A stretch of 64,000 bases of DNA from an uncultured Flavobacterium sp. Its GTDB lineage: Bacteria > Bacteroidota > Bacteroidia > Flavobacteriales > Flavobacteriaceae. Below, piece after piece: positions 1-9,870 of the stretch; position 1 is the stretch's first letter, and each line of letters begins with the position of its first letter. The position numbers were made by a program, and so were the translations under genes. Under the pieces are notes generated by a model. The model saw nothing but the letters and a program-made list of their open reading frames with translations, did no database searches and had not been told where the DNA came from. Where the stretch lies: positions 92,346 to 156,345 of the forward strand of contig CAYPCZ010000001.1 in the NCBI GenBank assembly GCA_964409345.1, read 5' to 3'.

Positions 1-88
1 AGAAAAAAATATAACTGTTTATAAAAATGCATCAGATAGATTTTCTGAGATAAGAAGTAAGTTTACTAATTATGGTTATTTTTCAAAT

Positions 89-475
89 ATGTCCATCGCG
101 GAACTGAGCGATGGACTAGCTTTTTTATCTTCTTATTATTATCACATAGTTGAGTTAGAGGGTATAGCAATTGCAAGAAAAACAGCATATCAAACTGCCT
201 ATAATAACAACCTTGTTATGTTAAAGGCAATTAAGGTTGTTAGTGGTAAAGGGTTTGCTGACTATCGGGCCGAAGCAATTGTGTCTGGATTTGAGGATAT
301 TTTATTACCTTTAGAAAAAGAGATTCATGGTGCAAATCACGATTTAAGTTTACTTGGAATTTTTGAAGATAAACAAACTTCTAGATCAGATTCTATTAAG
401 ATCATAATTGAAGTTTTTAAGAAAAGACATGACTCTTTAAAAGATCAGAAAATGCTAGAAGGAAAAAATCGTTAA
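89..475 (+). CDS. hypothetical protein
   Basis: 128-aa ORF; stop overlaps start of downstream helicase gene (TAATG); no recognisable motif. Confidence 0.5.
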   Translation: MSIAELSDGLAFLSSYYYHIVELEGIAIARKTAYQTAYNNNLVMLKAIKVVSGKGFADYRAEAIVSGFEDILLPLEKEIHGANHDLSLLGIFEDKQTSRSDSIKIIIEVFKKRHDSLKDQKMLEGKNR

Positions 476-1935
476 TGTCTAAGTTGGAAAATAATTACAT
501 CAATGACCTTCTTAAAAAAGATGAAAAAGTAATGCCAAAATTAGTAGAGATGCTTTCTGCTGGCTCTGAGAGAGCGTTGTTATCTTTGATGTTGAATTCT
601 TCTAAGAATTTTTTAAAAATAAGATATTCTATTGATCCAAAAGATTTTACAAGTAAGATACATAAAAGATTATATGAAATTGTTTGCCAAATAAGTGATG
701 ATGTAAATAATGGAAATTATGTTACTCCTGAGCAAGTTCTTTATGTTGATTCATTTCAAGAAGAATTCAGAAAATATAACATTAAAGAATATATAGAAGC
801 ATTACGAGTAGTTCCCTATAATAATGATAGTTTAGATGGAATTTTAAAAGTAGTTAAGTCTAAGAGGGTTCAAAGAGAATTATGGCATGATACTTGTGAA
901 CGTCTTCAAATGATGTTAGAGTTTGAAGGAAGTAATGTTGAAGAGTTGATCAATATAGCCGAACCTGATATTTACAACATAATGAGAGATCATGGAACGG
1001 TAGAAGATGATATTTATAAATTTGGCACCAATACAATGACTCGATTAAAGGAAAGGGAAAGCCGTCCGTCTGATATATTGGGATTGCGTTTTTCTCTATA
1101 TCCTGAATTTACAAAAATAATTAACGGTGCATGTAAGAGAGAATTAATAATAGGCGCCGCAAGAATGAAAGAAGGTAAATCTGCTTTTCTAAATGGTCTT
1201 GCTACAAATTTGTCTATTTGGGGTGATGAAGAAAGATATACTGGTAAAAATGTTATTCCAGTGGGTTATATAGATTCTGAAATGGAAGAAGATATGCAAG
1301 AAGACAGATCTCTTGCAAATATATCTGGTGTAGAGCAAAGAAAGATAACAAACGGTTTATATATTGTTAACGAAGATGATCAAAAAAAAGTTTATGAAGC
1401 AGAAAAATGGTTACAAAATGGTGAACTTTATTGGAAAAGAATAAGAGAATTTAGTACCCGATCTGTTATATATACTGCCAAAAGAATGATAAAAGAGTAT
1501 GGCACTCAACTTATATGTTTTGATCAGATTAAAGATACAATAGATACTGGTGTAAATTTATCAACAACAAAACAGAGGGTTGCTTGGCTGGCTAGTGCTT
1601 TGAAATTCTTATCAGAAGATATGGATGTATCTGTAATTGCTATGATGCAGCTAAGTAGGGGTGGTACTATGGAACAACTTAGACAAGAATGGATTGATCC
1701 AAGTACTGCTTTTGCTGACGCTGATGAACCACTAAGATTTGCTAATAAAGGTTTTTATCTTTGCTCACAAACAAAACAAGAAATAGATCAGCGTGGTGGA
1801 GTTGGTGTTGTTGGAGATAAGGTTATTAATTTATTTATCAATCGAAATGGTGATATTCATGACAGAACTGGTGGAATAGGTTATAATTTCAGAAAAAGAA
1901 ATACACGTTTTGAAGAAATGCGAAATTTAGAATAA
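475..1935 (+). CDS. dnaB: DnaB-like replicative DNA helicase
   Basis: 486 aa; DnaB-type N-terminal segment (ERALLSLMLNS), Walker A-like GAARMKEGKSAF, RecA-like C-terminal half; sits next to primase/SSB genes. Confidence 0.7.
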   Translation: MSKLENNYINDLLKKDEKVMPKLVEMLSAGSERALLSLMLNSSKNFLKIRYSIDPKDFTSKIHKRLYEIVCQISDDVNNGNYVTPEQVLYVDSFQEEFRKYNIKEYIEALRVVPYNNDSLDGILKVVKSKRVQRELWHDTCERLQMMLEFEGSNVEELINIAEPDIYNIMRDHGTVEDDIYKFGTNTMTRLKERESRPSDILGLRFSLYPEFTKIINGACKRELIIGAARMKEGKSAFLNGLATNLSIWGDEERYTGKNVIPVGYIDSEMEEDMQEDRSLANISGVEQRKITNGLYIVNEDDQKKVYEAEKWLQNGELYWKRIREFSTRSVIYTAKRMIKEYGTQLICFDQIKDTIDTGVNLSTTKQRVAWLASALKFLSEDMDVSVIAMMQLSRGGTMEQLRQEWIDPSTAFADADEPLRFANKGFYLCSQTKQEIDQRGGVGVVGDKVINLFINRNGDIHDRTGGIGYNFRKRNTRFEEMRNLE

Positions 1936-1939
1936 TCTC

Positions 1940-1974
1940 TTTAGATTTATTAAAATAATAATGATAAATCTAAA
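1940..1974 (+). terminator. AT-only hairpin after helicase gene (weak terminator candidate)
   Basis: TTTAGATTTAT / ATAAATCTAAA 11-bp inverted repeat with 13-nt loop directly after the stop codon. Confidence 0.3.
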
Positions 1975-1996
1975 TTAACTAATTGGGAGATGTAGG

Positions 1997-2971
1997 ATGA
2001 GTTTGAACTATGTAGAATGTAATCCAGTTACAAGAAGAAGTTACAGTGACAAGAAAACTATATATGGAACGCAACAATCTACTGGTATTACTTTACGTTG
2101 TGGTAGAAACTTTCACGATGAAATGTTTTTATATAAGTTTAAAGATGGTGAAACTGAAGGTGATCATTCTTACCCAATAACTTTATCAAGTAATCCTGAC
2201 GTTGTATTTCCTGAACCTGATAAAACTGGTATTATTAAGATTTTTGATAACTGGTCTGCTTTAACAAAAAAACAGATTGAATGTACTTGTCCTTTTTATA
2301 ATACAGAGAAGGGATGCTTAAAGGCATTAGAGATAGGTAAAAGAAGTTTACCTAAGCCTACATATAGAATTAGTAGTACAAAGAAGATTATAAAAGAAGC
2401 AAAGGTAATATCTTTTACAAGAGCCTGCCTTCTTTCTGTGAATAATATGAAAGATAATTTTGAAGATGTAGTATTATCCTATGTTCAAGCACTTAAAGAA
2501 GAAACCGAAGACCCAATTAAGTTTATTGATAAAGAAATTGAATATTTATATGAAGTTTTTATTTTTAGAAAAAATGGTTATAATATTTCAGTCGAGGTTC
2601 CTAAAACTTTAGATGAAATTGAAGAAGATTTCTTTTCATCAGTAACAGAATTAAATAATGATATTGATAATTCTGAAAGTAAAAGAAATAAAGTTATTGA
2701 TGAGTTGGGCTCTAAAAGTGAAGAAGAACTTAAAGCAATGTATCAATTTGCTTTAGAAAATGGATTGATTAAAACAGAAACTAAATCTGTTGATATTTCT
2801 GAAGATGTAATAGAAAATATAATAGAAGATGAATTAAAAGTAGATGATGTTTTTGAGCCAGAAGTAGATAGTATTTTAAAGGTTGAAGATAAAGTATTAA
2901 TAGAAGAAAAAGTTGAAGAAAAAAAATCAGCATTTGATACATCGTTTTTAGATGATTTATTAGAAATTTAA
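1997..2971 (+). CDS. hypothetical protein, acidic C-terminal half
   Basis: 324-aa ORF preceded by GGGAG; E/D-rich C-terminus; no catalytic motif seen. Confidence 0.5.
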   Translation: MSLNYVECNPVTRRSYSDKKTIYGTQQSTGITLRCGRNFHDEMFLYKFKDGETEGDHSYPITLSSNPDVVFPEPDKTGIIKIFDNWSALTKKQIECTCPFYNTEKGCLKALEIGKRSLPKPTYRISSTKKIIKEAKVISFTRACLLSVNNMKDNFEDVVLSYVQALKEETEDPIKFIDKEIEYLYEVFIFRKNGYNISVEVPKTLDEIEEDFFSSVTELNNDIDNSESKRNKVIDELGSKSEEELKAMYQFALENGLIKTETKSVDISEDVIENIIEDELKVDDVFEPEVDSILKVEDKVLIEEKVEEKKSAFDTSFLDDLLEI

Positions 2972-2982
2972 AGGAAGTTATT

Positions 2983-3786
2983 TTGAAAAAGAAAACATTA
3001 GATTCATTAACTGCAAAAGCTAAATCTTATGAACCTACATTTAATCCAGAAGTTAATTCTTCTCAGTATCCAAACAAAGAATTGGTACCTCTTAATGCAT
3101 TGTTTTGTTCTTATCATCCGGTAACATTTATTGGTAATTGCCTACAGTGTGATATGAAGTGTAGTTATTTAGAAAGTATTATTGGTCCAGAATTAACAGA
3201 TGTTATTTCTACAGAAGATAGAAATGAACTACTTGAATATTATTTTGGTCCAGATACACCAAATATTAAAATAGCAGAGAAATATGGAATAACTCTTCGT
3301 GTTCAGATACTAAGAGATAATCCATTATATGCTCCTAAAAATATTCAGTATTTAAGAATTAAAAAAGAAGATGGAACAATTACAAAGCCTACCTATGAGC
3401 ATATAAGAAAACATTGGAGAACTTACTATCAGGGTTATTGGCTTTGGAAAGCTGCTGGAACGATGTCACAGGCTGGTTTACTTGTTCAATCCTTACCAAA
3501 AGAGATGACTCAATATATAGAATATTATAAGTTTCATAGAAACAAAATGGAAAGTAAAGATAAGGGTTCAACTGTTTTAATGGACTTGAATTTATTAGAT
3601 CAAGAGCTTCCAAACAAGCAAGTTGAAATGGAGTTTAAAGATGAAAAATCTGCCACAAAATACTTTATTAGGAATGCGATTAGAGCCCTTTGCTCTAGTG
3701 ATAATTATAATGAATATGAAGCTAAAGAATTTATTAAACAAATTCTTTCAGAACATTCATCTGAGGATCAAGAGAAAGAAGAATAA
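2983..3786 (+). CDS. hypothetical protein
   Basis: 267-aa ORF (TTG start in track), AGGAAG upstream; no motif recognised. Confidence 0.5.
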   Translation: MKKKTLDSLTAKAKSYEPTFNPEVNSSQYPNKELVPLNALFCSYHPVTFIGNCLQCDMKCSYLESIIGPELTDVISTEDRNELLEYYFGPDTPNIKIAEKYGITLRVQILRDNPLYAPKNIQYLRIKKEDGTITKPTYEHIRKHWRTYYQGYWLWKAAGTMSQAGLLVQSLPKEMTQYIEYYKFHRNKMESKDKGSTVLMDLNLLDQELPNKQVEMEFKDEKSATKYFIRNAIRALCSSDNYNEYEAKEFIKQILSEHSSEDQEKEE

Positions 3787-4018
3787 TACAATTAAGGTAA
3801 ATCTTGAAAAGTTAAGTTCTATATTTCAAGATTTAACACTTATAGTAAAAGAAGGAAAGTCTAATTCTGCTATTGTTGTTGGATATTGTAATGGTAAAGA
3901 AATTTTAAGAATTGTAGAGTCTGGTACAAAAGATTTTTCTTTAAATAAATCAATAGCAGTTATTGAGGCTGTTAAAAAGTATGCAAATATCCTTAAGATA
4001 AACTTATTGATGGAGTGA
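3713..4018 (+). CDS. hypothetical small protein (start uncertain)
   Basis: ORF 3623..4018 overlaps previous gene in the +1 frame; last in-frame ATG is near 3713; no ATG after upstream stop at 3786. Confidence 0.3.
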   Translation, partial: NMKLKNLLNKFFQNIHLRIKRKKNNTIKVNLEKLSSIFQDLTLIVKEGKSNSAIVVGYCNGKEILRIVESGTKDFSLNKSIAVIEAVKKYANILKINLLME

Positions 4019-4021
4019 TAG

Positions 4022-4636
4022 ATGTTATTGATTGACATTAACGATACTTTATGTGCTACTACATTGGCTATTAATTTTGATGTCATTTGTAATTGTTCAG
4101 AATTAACTTTAGAAGAACAAAAAGAAGAAATTAGAAATATTACTGCAATTATAGATGAAGATTTTAGTGATTCTTATGAAATAAAATCTTACATCGAAGA
4201 ACAATATAAAAATTTTGTTCCACGAACTTTTATGTTTAAAGATGTTATAAATGCTTTAGTTGCGCATTTGCAAGATCAGTATTCTTTTATGTACAGGGGA
4301 AGTGTTGGAAAAGAGAAATACTTTGAAACAGGTAGTTATGTGTGTGAACAAATGCATGATAGGTTTTTAGAGTATGGACTAAGCCCACAAGAAGAATTTA
4401 ATATATCGTTTTATTTTGATGAAATTACTGCAAAGAAAATTGTAGGTCAATTTGCAGAATTATATACAGCAAGTGAAAGAATGGCTAGAATGGCTTGTGA
4501 AATAGATTTTGTTGAAAAGATTTATCTTCAAACTACAAGCTGGAATAACTTTGAAAACAATTTAAATCATTCAAAGATAATACCTGTTGATAATATAAAT
4601 CATTTGTGCCAATATAGAAGTGTATATTTAAAATAA
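4022..4636 (+). CDS. hypothetical protein
   Basis: 204-aa ORF in the co-directional array. Confidence 0.5.
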   Translation: MLLIDINDTLCATTLAINFDVICNCSELTLEEQKEEIRNITAIIDEDFSDSYEIKSYIEEQYKNFVPRTFMFKDVINALVAHLQDQYSFMYRGSVGKEKYFETGSYVCEQMHDRFLEYGLSPQEEFNISFYFDEITAKKIVGQFAELYTASERMARMACEIDFVEKIYLQTTSWNNFENNLNHSKIIPVDNINHLCQYRSVYLK

Positions 4637-4660
4637 TCTAAGCTACCAGATGGGAGAATA

Positions 4661-5779
4661 TTGGTGGCTAAGAAAAAATTTTATCTAAGGCCAGATACAA
4701 GGAATTTAATTTATACTCGACTAGACAGAGTAAAGCTTTTAGAGTTTTTGGGTTGTACAAGTATTAAGGTATCTGGAAGAGAAATCAGATCAACTTGTCC
4801 TATTCATGGTGGAGATGGAATTAATAATTTCATACTTTATAATGACACCAATTGGCAGTGTAAAAGTAGTGGATGTCATTCTAATGAAAAGCAAGATGTA
4901 TTTTCATTGGTCATGAAATCTAAAAACTATAAGTTTATGGAATCATTAAAATTAGTGGCAGGTTTTGCTTCTGTAAATGTGGACTTAGATGATGATTCTT
5001 TTAATGCTACAGAAGAAGTAATAAAAGCGACAAGCTGGTCTAATTCTGTTAATAAAAAAGAGTATGGTACCTCTGAAATAAAAGAGGTAGATAAATCTTT
5101 AGTTAGAAAGTTTATGTTAAATAGGAATAGCTATCTATCTAAAAGAAAATTTCCAGAATGGGTACTTAATGATTTTGAAGTTGGTTTTACTTCAGATTGG
5201 AAATTGTTAAGTAGATTGAATCTAGATGCAGAAGAACGTGTAACATTTCCTACAAGTTTTAAAAATAAATATATTAGTATTCAAGGTAGATGTATTAAAG
5301 GCCGTGGAGATAAATATAAGTTTCCAAATGATCCCTGGCCAAGAGATATTAAATACGACACCTTCTCTAATTTTCCTAAAGATAAATATTTATATAATTT
5401 TGATAGAGCTTTAGAGTATGCTTCTTTTATTGGTAATCTTATTCTTGTTGAAGGTGTTACAGATGTAATGAGATGTCATCAATATGGAATTAGAAATGTT
5501 GTTTCTGGATGGGGCGATTCTTTATCTAAAAATCAAAGGAAATTATTATTAGAATCTGGAGTTACAGAAGTAATAATAATGTATGATAATGATGAACCTG
5601 CAAAAAAAGCTACAGAAACAGTGATAGAGTGTTTAGAAAATCTTTTTGATATTTATGTAGCAATAGTTCCAAAGAAAGAAGATGAAAATAAAAATGATCC
5701 TGAAAATTGTTCTTCTTTGGAAATATATCACGCTTTATCTAAAAAGAGAAGAAGATTACATCCTAAAAAACTCTTTTAA
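4661..5779 (+). CDS. dnaG: DnaG-like DNA primase (zinc finger + TOPRIM)
   Basis: CHC2-type zinc finger CPIHGGD...CKSSGCH near N-terminus; TOPRIM-like LVEGVTDV ... IIMYDNDEPAKKA; GGGAG RBS before TTG start. Confidence 0.75.
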   Translation: MVAKKKFYLRPDTRNLIYTRLDRVKLLEFLGCTSIKVSGREIRSTCPIHGGDGINNFILYNDTNWQCKSSGCHSNEKQDVFSLVMKSKNYKFMESLKLVAGFASVNVDLDDDSFNATEEVIKATSWSNSVNKKEYGTSEIKEVDKSLVRKFMLNRNSYLSKRKFPEWVLNDFEVGFTSDWKLLSRLNLDAEERVTFPTSFKNKYISIQGRCIKGRGDKYKFPNDPWPRDIKYDTFSNFPKDKYLYNFDRALEYASFIGNLILVEGVTDVMRCHQYGIRNVVSGWGDSLSKNQRKLLLESGVTEVIIMYDNDEPAKKATETVIECLENLFDIYVAIVPKKEDENKNDPENCSSLEIYHALSKKRRRLHPKKLF

Positions 5780-5826
5780 AAAAAATAAAATTAATTGATA
5801 TTAATATATAACATTAGGAGGTTTGA

Positions 5827-6234
5827 ATGTTTTCTGGATATATAATTTCTATTATTGCTGGACATGTTCATAATTTTGATTTAAGATATACCAATAATGA
5901 TAAACCATTTTTAAAAGTCAAAATTAAAAGTATAAAAGAAAATACATTTCCTAATGCCAAGAATAAGTTTTACAATAGCTTTAATAAAGTTATTGTGTGG
6001 GGTAAAAATGCTGAGATTTTAGCTAGAAAAATTAAAAAAAGTACAGATGACAAAGAGGGTACTTATATAGTTTTTTTATGTAAAGACTCAGGAGAGATGA
6101 TTTCTGATAATGGTTCATATCATAGATTTGTTGGAACAAAATATAAAATTTATGATAATTCACAAGATTTTAATAAATTAATTGAAAAGATAGAAAAAGA
6201 AGATATTTTAAATATTAAAGAAATTTTTAATTAG
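5827..6234 (+). CDS. SSB-like OB-fold protein (putative)
   Basis: 135 aa; pattern ...GHVHNFDLRYTNNDKPFLKVKIK...VIVWGKNAEILA resembles the bacterial SSB OB-fold core; AGGAGG RBS. Confidence 0.4.
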   Translation: MFSGYIISIIAGHVHNFDLRYTNNDKPFLKVKIKSIKENTFPNAKNKFYNSFNKVIVWGKNAEILARKIKKSTDDKEGTYIVFLCKDSGEMISDNGSYHRFVGTKYKIYDNSQDFNKLIEKIEKEDILNIKEIFN

Positions 6235-6238
6235 GTGG

Positions 6239-6820
6239 TTGGTTATGATTTTTGAAGGTGAAGAATCATGGTACGCAGTAAGTATAAATCCTATGTATCA
6301 TGATTTTATTTTAAAAGAGTTAAATAGGTTGGCTTGGGAAGAGTCATTTGAAATAAATTTCTTTAATCCTCACTATATCCCAAAGAGAAAAAAATCATCA
6401 AGTTCTTTTGGTATAAACAAAGCATTTAGAGGTTCTCAGATTTATGATGGTTATCTTTACATCTATATAGATGATGAAGAATTGAAAAATCATGAAAGTA
6501 GAATCAAAAGTATTAAAGGTGTTATAAAGGTCATGAGACCAACTGTAACACAAGAAGAATTTGATGCTATGTATGATTGTATTATGAGTATGTATAAGAA
6601 TTATAAAAATCCAGCCAGTATAAAGAGACCTGTGAACAAGTCATCTTACGAATTTAAGGGAGGTGAGATGGTAGAGATTGTTGGTGGGCAATTGACTGGA
6701 TTTAGAGGTAGAGTGAAGACTATTTGTAAAAATGGAGAGATGTTAAAGATTGGTCTTAGATTGTTGGGAACTGAAACGTTAGTAAGTTTTCCACCGTCAA
6801 TGGTATCTTTAGATGTTTGA
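6239..6820 (+). CDS. NusG/RfaH-like transcription factor (NGN + KOW)
   Basis: N-terminal WYAV... NGN-like start; C-terminal KOW-like GEMVEIVGGQLTGFRGRVKTI. Confidence 0.55.
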   Translation: MVMIFEGEESWYAVSINPMYHDFILKELNRLAWEESFEINFFNPHYIPKRKKSSSSFGINKAFRGSQIYDGYLYIYIDDEELKNHESRIKSIKGVIKVMRPTVTQEEFDAMYDCIMSMYKNYKNPASIKRPVNKSSYEFKGGEMVEIVGGQLTGFRGRVKTICKNGEMLKIGLRLLGTETLVSFPPSMVSLDV

Positions 6821-7361
6821 TTTTGATATTTATAAAGAAAACTTGTTATCTAAATTTGATGACAATTTAAAAGAAGTGATAAATAAAAATCATTCTTTAC
6901 CTCATTTAGAAAAGGGAATTAGAGACCTTTCTAAGAAAGGTGAAAACTACTCTTTACTTGTTAAAGCTTATACTGCAAACGTATATATTACTGCTAGAGA
7001 ATATAAAAATAATATTGGTGATAAATTTAAAGTTTTTAAAGAAGATGATTTCATTAAGGATTGTTTGAGTAGTAAATATTTATTTAACGAAGATGGATAT
7101 TATATAGGAGAATCAGAAAATACTATAGTAGCAGTTGAAATAGAAAAAGATATAACTTTAGATTTGTGTTTTGGAAGTTACCAAGAAATTAAATCTAATA
7201 TTGTTTCAAGTATATTTGTTTTATTTCATAGAAAAGATATAACTGATATAAAACTTTTTGAGATCTTATATCAATGGAAAAGTTTACAAACTTTTAAAGA
7301 AAAGAAAAATTTTTATAAATATCTTTTAGATAAAAAGTTGGTTTTTAGGAGAGAGAATTGA
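6813..7361 (+). CDS. hypothetical protein
   Basis: 182-aa ORF overlapping neighbours by a few nt (operon-like). Confidence 0.5.
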   Translation: MFDFDIYKENLLSKFDDNLKEVINKNHSLPHLEKGIRDLSKKGENYSLLVKAYTANVYITAREYKNNIGDKFKVFKEDDFIKDCLSSKYLFNEDGYYIGESENTIVAVEIEKDITLDLCFGSYQEIKSNIVSSIFVLFHRKDITDIKLFEILYQWKSLQTFKEKKNFYKYLLDKKLVFRREN

Positions 7362-7882
7362 GTGACAATGCTAGAAAAACGTTTAAGTTTTGCTGTAAAA
7401 GACTTCTAACAAATCAAATGAAGTATTTTATTCAAAATGCTAAATATCCAGAAAAATTAAATATTTACTGCGTTGGAGATTGTAATAATACTTTTAGATT
7501 AGGAGATTTTACATCTTCAGAAGGTGGAAACTTCTTTTTTTGTTATAACAATTGGTGGTATATATACTCTTTAAAAACAGGTTCTATAGAGCCATTTTTT
7601 CCTCTTACAATTTTTGATAGCGATCCAGAAGTTTTTACATACAATCTACAGCGTCATGGACTTATTACTGATTTAGGCAAAAAGTTTTTATTTGCTAAAA
7701 TAACAAAAGAAGAATATGTTTCTGAAGCTATGATTACAAAGCAGTTTAACAGACAAACTATGCTTGATGATTTTAGTATGTTGATGAAATGTAAGATGTG
7801 GTGGGATTGTTTGATTACTAAGAAAAATCAGATTAATCACTATAAAGAAATGGCGACTAATTTAATAAATGAATCCACTTGA
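7358..7882 (+). CDS. hypothetical protein
   Basis: 174-aa ORF, translationally coupled to neighbours. Confidence 0.5.
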   Translation: MSDNARKTFKFCCKRLLTNQMKYFIQNAKYPEKLNIYCVGDCNNTFRLGDFTSSEGGNFFFCYNNWWYIYSLKTGSIEPFFPLTIFDSDPEVFTYNLQRHGLITDLGKKFLFAKITKEEYVSEAMITKQFNRQTMLDDFSMLMKCKMWWDCLITKKNQINHYKEMATNLINEST

Positions 7883-9125
7883 GACAGATGATGCGGTATG
7901 GTTGAATAAAATATCTAATGCTGCATTCAAAACTAATGAAATATATTCTAATTATGTTGGAAATAAAAAGAAAATTCTTCCTTGGATAGCAAAGTGTATG
8001 CTTAAAGAAGGTGTGTTACACTATCCTCAGTTTATTGATTTGTTTGGAGGGTCAGGAAATTGCTCTTATTTTTTTAATCAACTAGGAAAAACTGGTTGTA
8101 TAAATGAGCTTCTTTATTTTAGCCATAATATGCACAAAATTATGTTCTCTGGTCACAAAGAATTAGTAACTCCAATTCATCCAAGTAATCTTGTACCACC
8201 TTATGTTACATTTAATAAATATGAAAATATAAGTTTAGCTGATACTGCTAAAAAGAAAATGGTATCAGCTAAAAAAGTTCGTGATTTGCTTGGTGATGAA
8301 GATATTGCCAGTGTACATGATGTAGAGACTGTATCTATTGATGTCGATTTTTATTCCGAAAATGGTATCTTTAATAATTTCTGGACAGTAGTAAGACCCT
8401 TTGTTGGAAGGAATCTAACAGCAAAAGAAGCATTTGAAAGCTGCTGTTATTTAACACATGCAATACTGAATGGTGAAGATGAATATAATATAGATAAAGT
8501 TTTAGTTAAGTGTATTCAGGGTGATTCGGTAGGATTTATAAAAGAGAAAAAATATGAAGCATTTATTGATCCAAGTCAAACTTTTATTTATCTTGATCCT
8601 CCTTATGGTGCAGATAACTCTAATAATAAATACTATAAAATATATGATTTAATGGAATGTTTATCTTATGCATTTTATAAGATAAATAATAAATATAAAG
8701 AAAATAAATCTTTGGGTATAGAGCCTCAGATTTGGAAGTATGTAGATGATATTCCTAATCTTTCTAGCAATATAGATAAACTTGAACATATTAAATTGTA
8801 TGGAAGTAGATTTGCTGGTTCAGTAAGATTTAAAGATTCATTTTTTGAACTGCTTGATGCTTTAAAATCAAGTGATTTACCTGTATGGATATTTTCATTT
8901 GGTGCAGATTCTAGCTTTGTTCCTGGAGATGAAATTGCTTGCATTGTTCAAGATTATTGTCATCACGTAGCTGTTTATAGTATGTCTTATGATTATAGTT
9001 ATCGAAAGAAAAAATCAGAAAATAATAAATCAATGTCAGGCATGACGATAGGGGTTGATACAGATACTGAAGCTGGTAAAAAAACAACCACTGACAGTGA
9101 AGTTCTTTATATTTGTAAAAGATAA
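7869..9125 (+). CDS. DNA N6-adenine methyltransferase (D12/Dam-like class)
   Basis: NYVGNKKKILPWI (YxGxK), FxGxG motif I DLFGGSGN, motif IV YLDPPYG. Confidence 0.65.
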   Translation: MNPLETDDAVWLNKISNAAFKTNEIYSNYVGNKKKILPWIAKCMLKEGVLHYPQFIDLFGGSGNCSYFFNQLGKTGCINELLYFSHNMHKIMFSGHKELVTPIHPSNLVPPYVTFNKYENISLADTAKKKMVSAKKVRDLLGDEDIASVHDVETVSIDVDFYSENGIFNNFWTVVRPFVGRNLTAKEAFESCCYLTHAILNGEDEYNIDKVLVKCIQGDSVGFIKEKKYEAFIDPSQTFIYLDPPYGADNSNNKYYKIYDLMECLSYAFYKINNKYKENKSLGIEPQIWKYVDDIPNLSSNIDKLEHIKLYGSRFAGSVRFKDSFFELLDALKSSDLPVWIFSFGADSSFVPGDEIACIVQDYCHHVAVYSMSYDYSYRKKKSENNKSMSGMTIGVDTDTEAGKKTTTDSEVLYICKR

Positions 9126-9152
9126 TGAAAAGTAACCTACTGGATAGAAATT

Positions 9153-9344
9153 ATGAAACTACCACAATGTTTAGTTTTAGCATCTATAAATGAAGAAATT
9201 AAATCTGCACATGCACATAGTAAAACTACTTTTTTAAGATTTTCTCATAAAGGTGGCTTTATGTTTGATGTTAAATCAGAAATAAATCTTAATAGAGTAA
9301 TAGCAGAAAGAAGTAAAAAAATTATAGAATACAATAAGAGGTAG
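9153..9344 (+). CDS. hypothetical small protein
   Basis: 63-aa ORF filling an intergenic gap. Confidence 0.3.
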   Translation: MKLPQCLVLASINEEIKSAHAHSKTTFLRFSHKGGFMFDVKSEINLNRVIAERSKKIIEYNKR

Positions 9345-9351
9345 TTGTTTT

Positions 9352-9867
9352 ATGGATAGATTAGTAACTGCTGGAAATAGTCTTGCTGATTTTTTAGAAG
9401 CAAAGAATACCTTAAATCAAATATACACAAACAGAGATAAATTTATATTTATATCATACAGTGGTGGTATTATAAATCATTCACAATCAAAGAATTCTCC
9501 TCAATATAATATTTTGATTGATATTATGTTCTTGGAGAAAGAAAAAGCTACAGAAGATATTATTGCTAATTCGTTACTAGATATTGATGCTTCTCCGTTT
9601 TTTGATTCTTGTAAATTTGAAAATATGTTAAAATTATTAGAGGTTATATCTACAACAAATCATTTAAAATCTGACACAGATGATCCTGTACTTATTATGA
9701 TTTCTAGTGAAGTTAAGATGTCTAGTAATTTGGGTTTTAATAAAAAAGAAATGCACAATTTAGCTTTGTCTGTTATAGTGTCTGAAGGTAAGACTTATGA
9801 TAATGTTACACGAAAAAGTATTCATCCAGAGAACTTACCAAATTTAAATATAAATAAAGAAGACTGA
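9352..9867 (+). CDS. hypothetical protein
   Basis: 171-aa ORF. Confidence 0.5.
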   Translation: MDRLVTAGNSLADFLEAKNTLNQIYTNRDKFIFISYSGGIINHSQSKNSPQYNILIDIMFLEKEKATEDIIANSLLDIDASPFFDSCKFENMLKLLEVISTTNHLKSDTDDPVLIMISSEVKMSSNLGFNKKEMHNLALSVIVSEGKTYDNVTRKSIHPENLPNLNINKED

Positions 9868-9870
9868 TAG

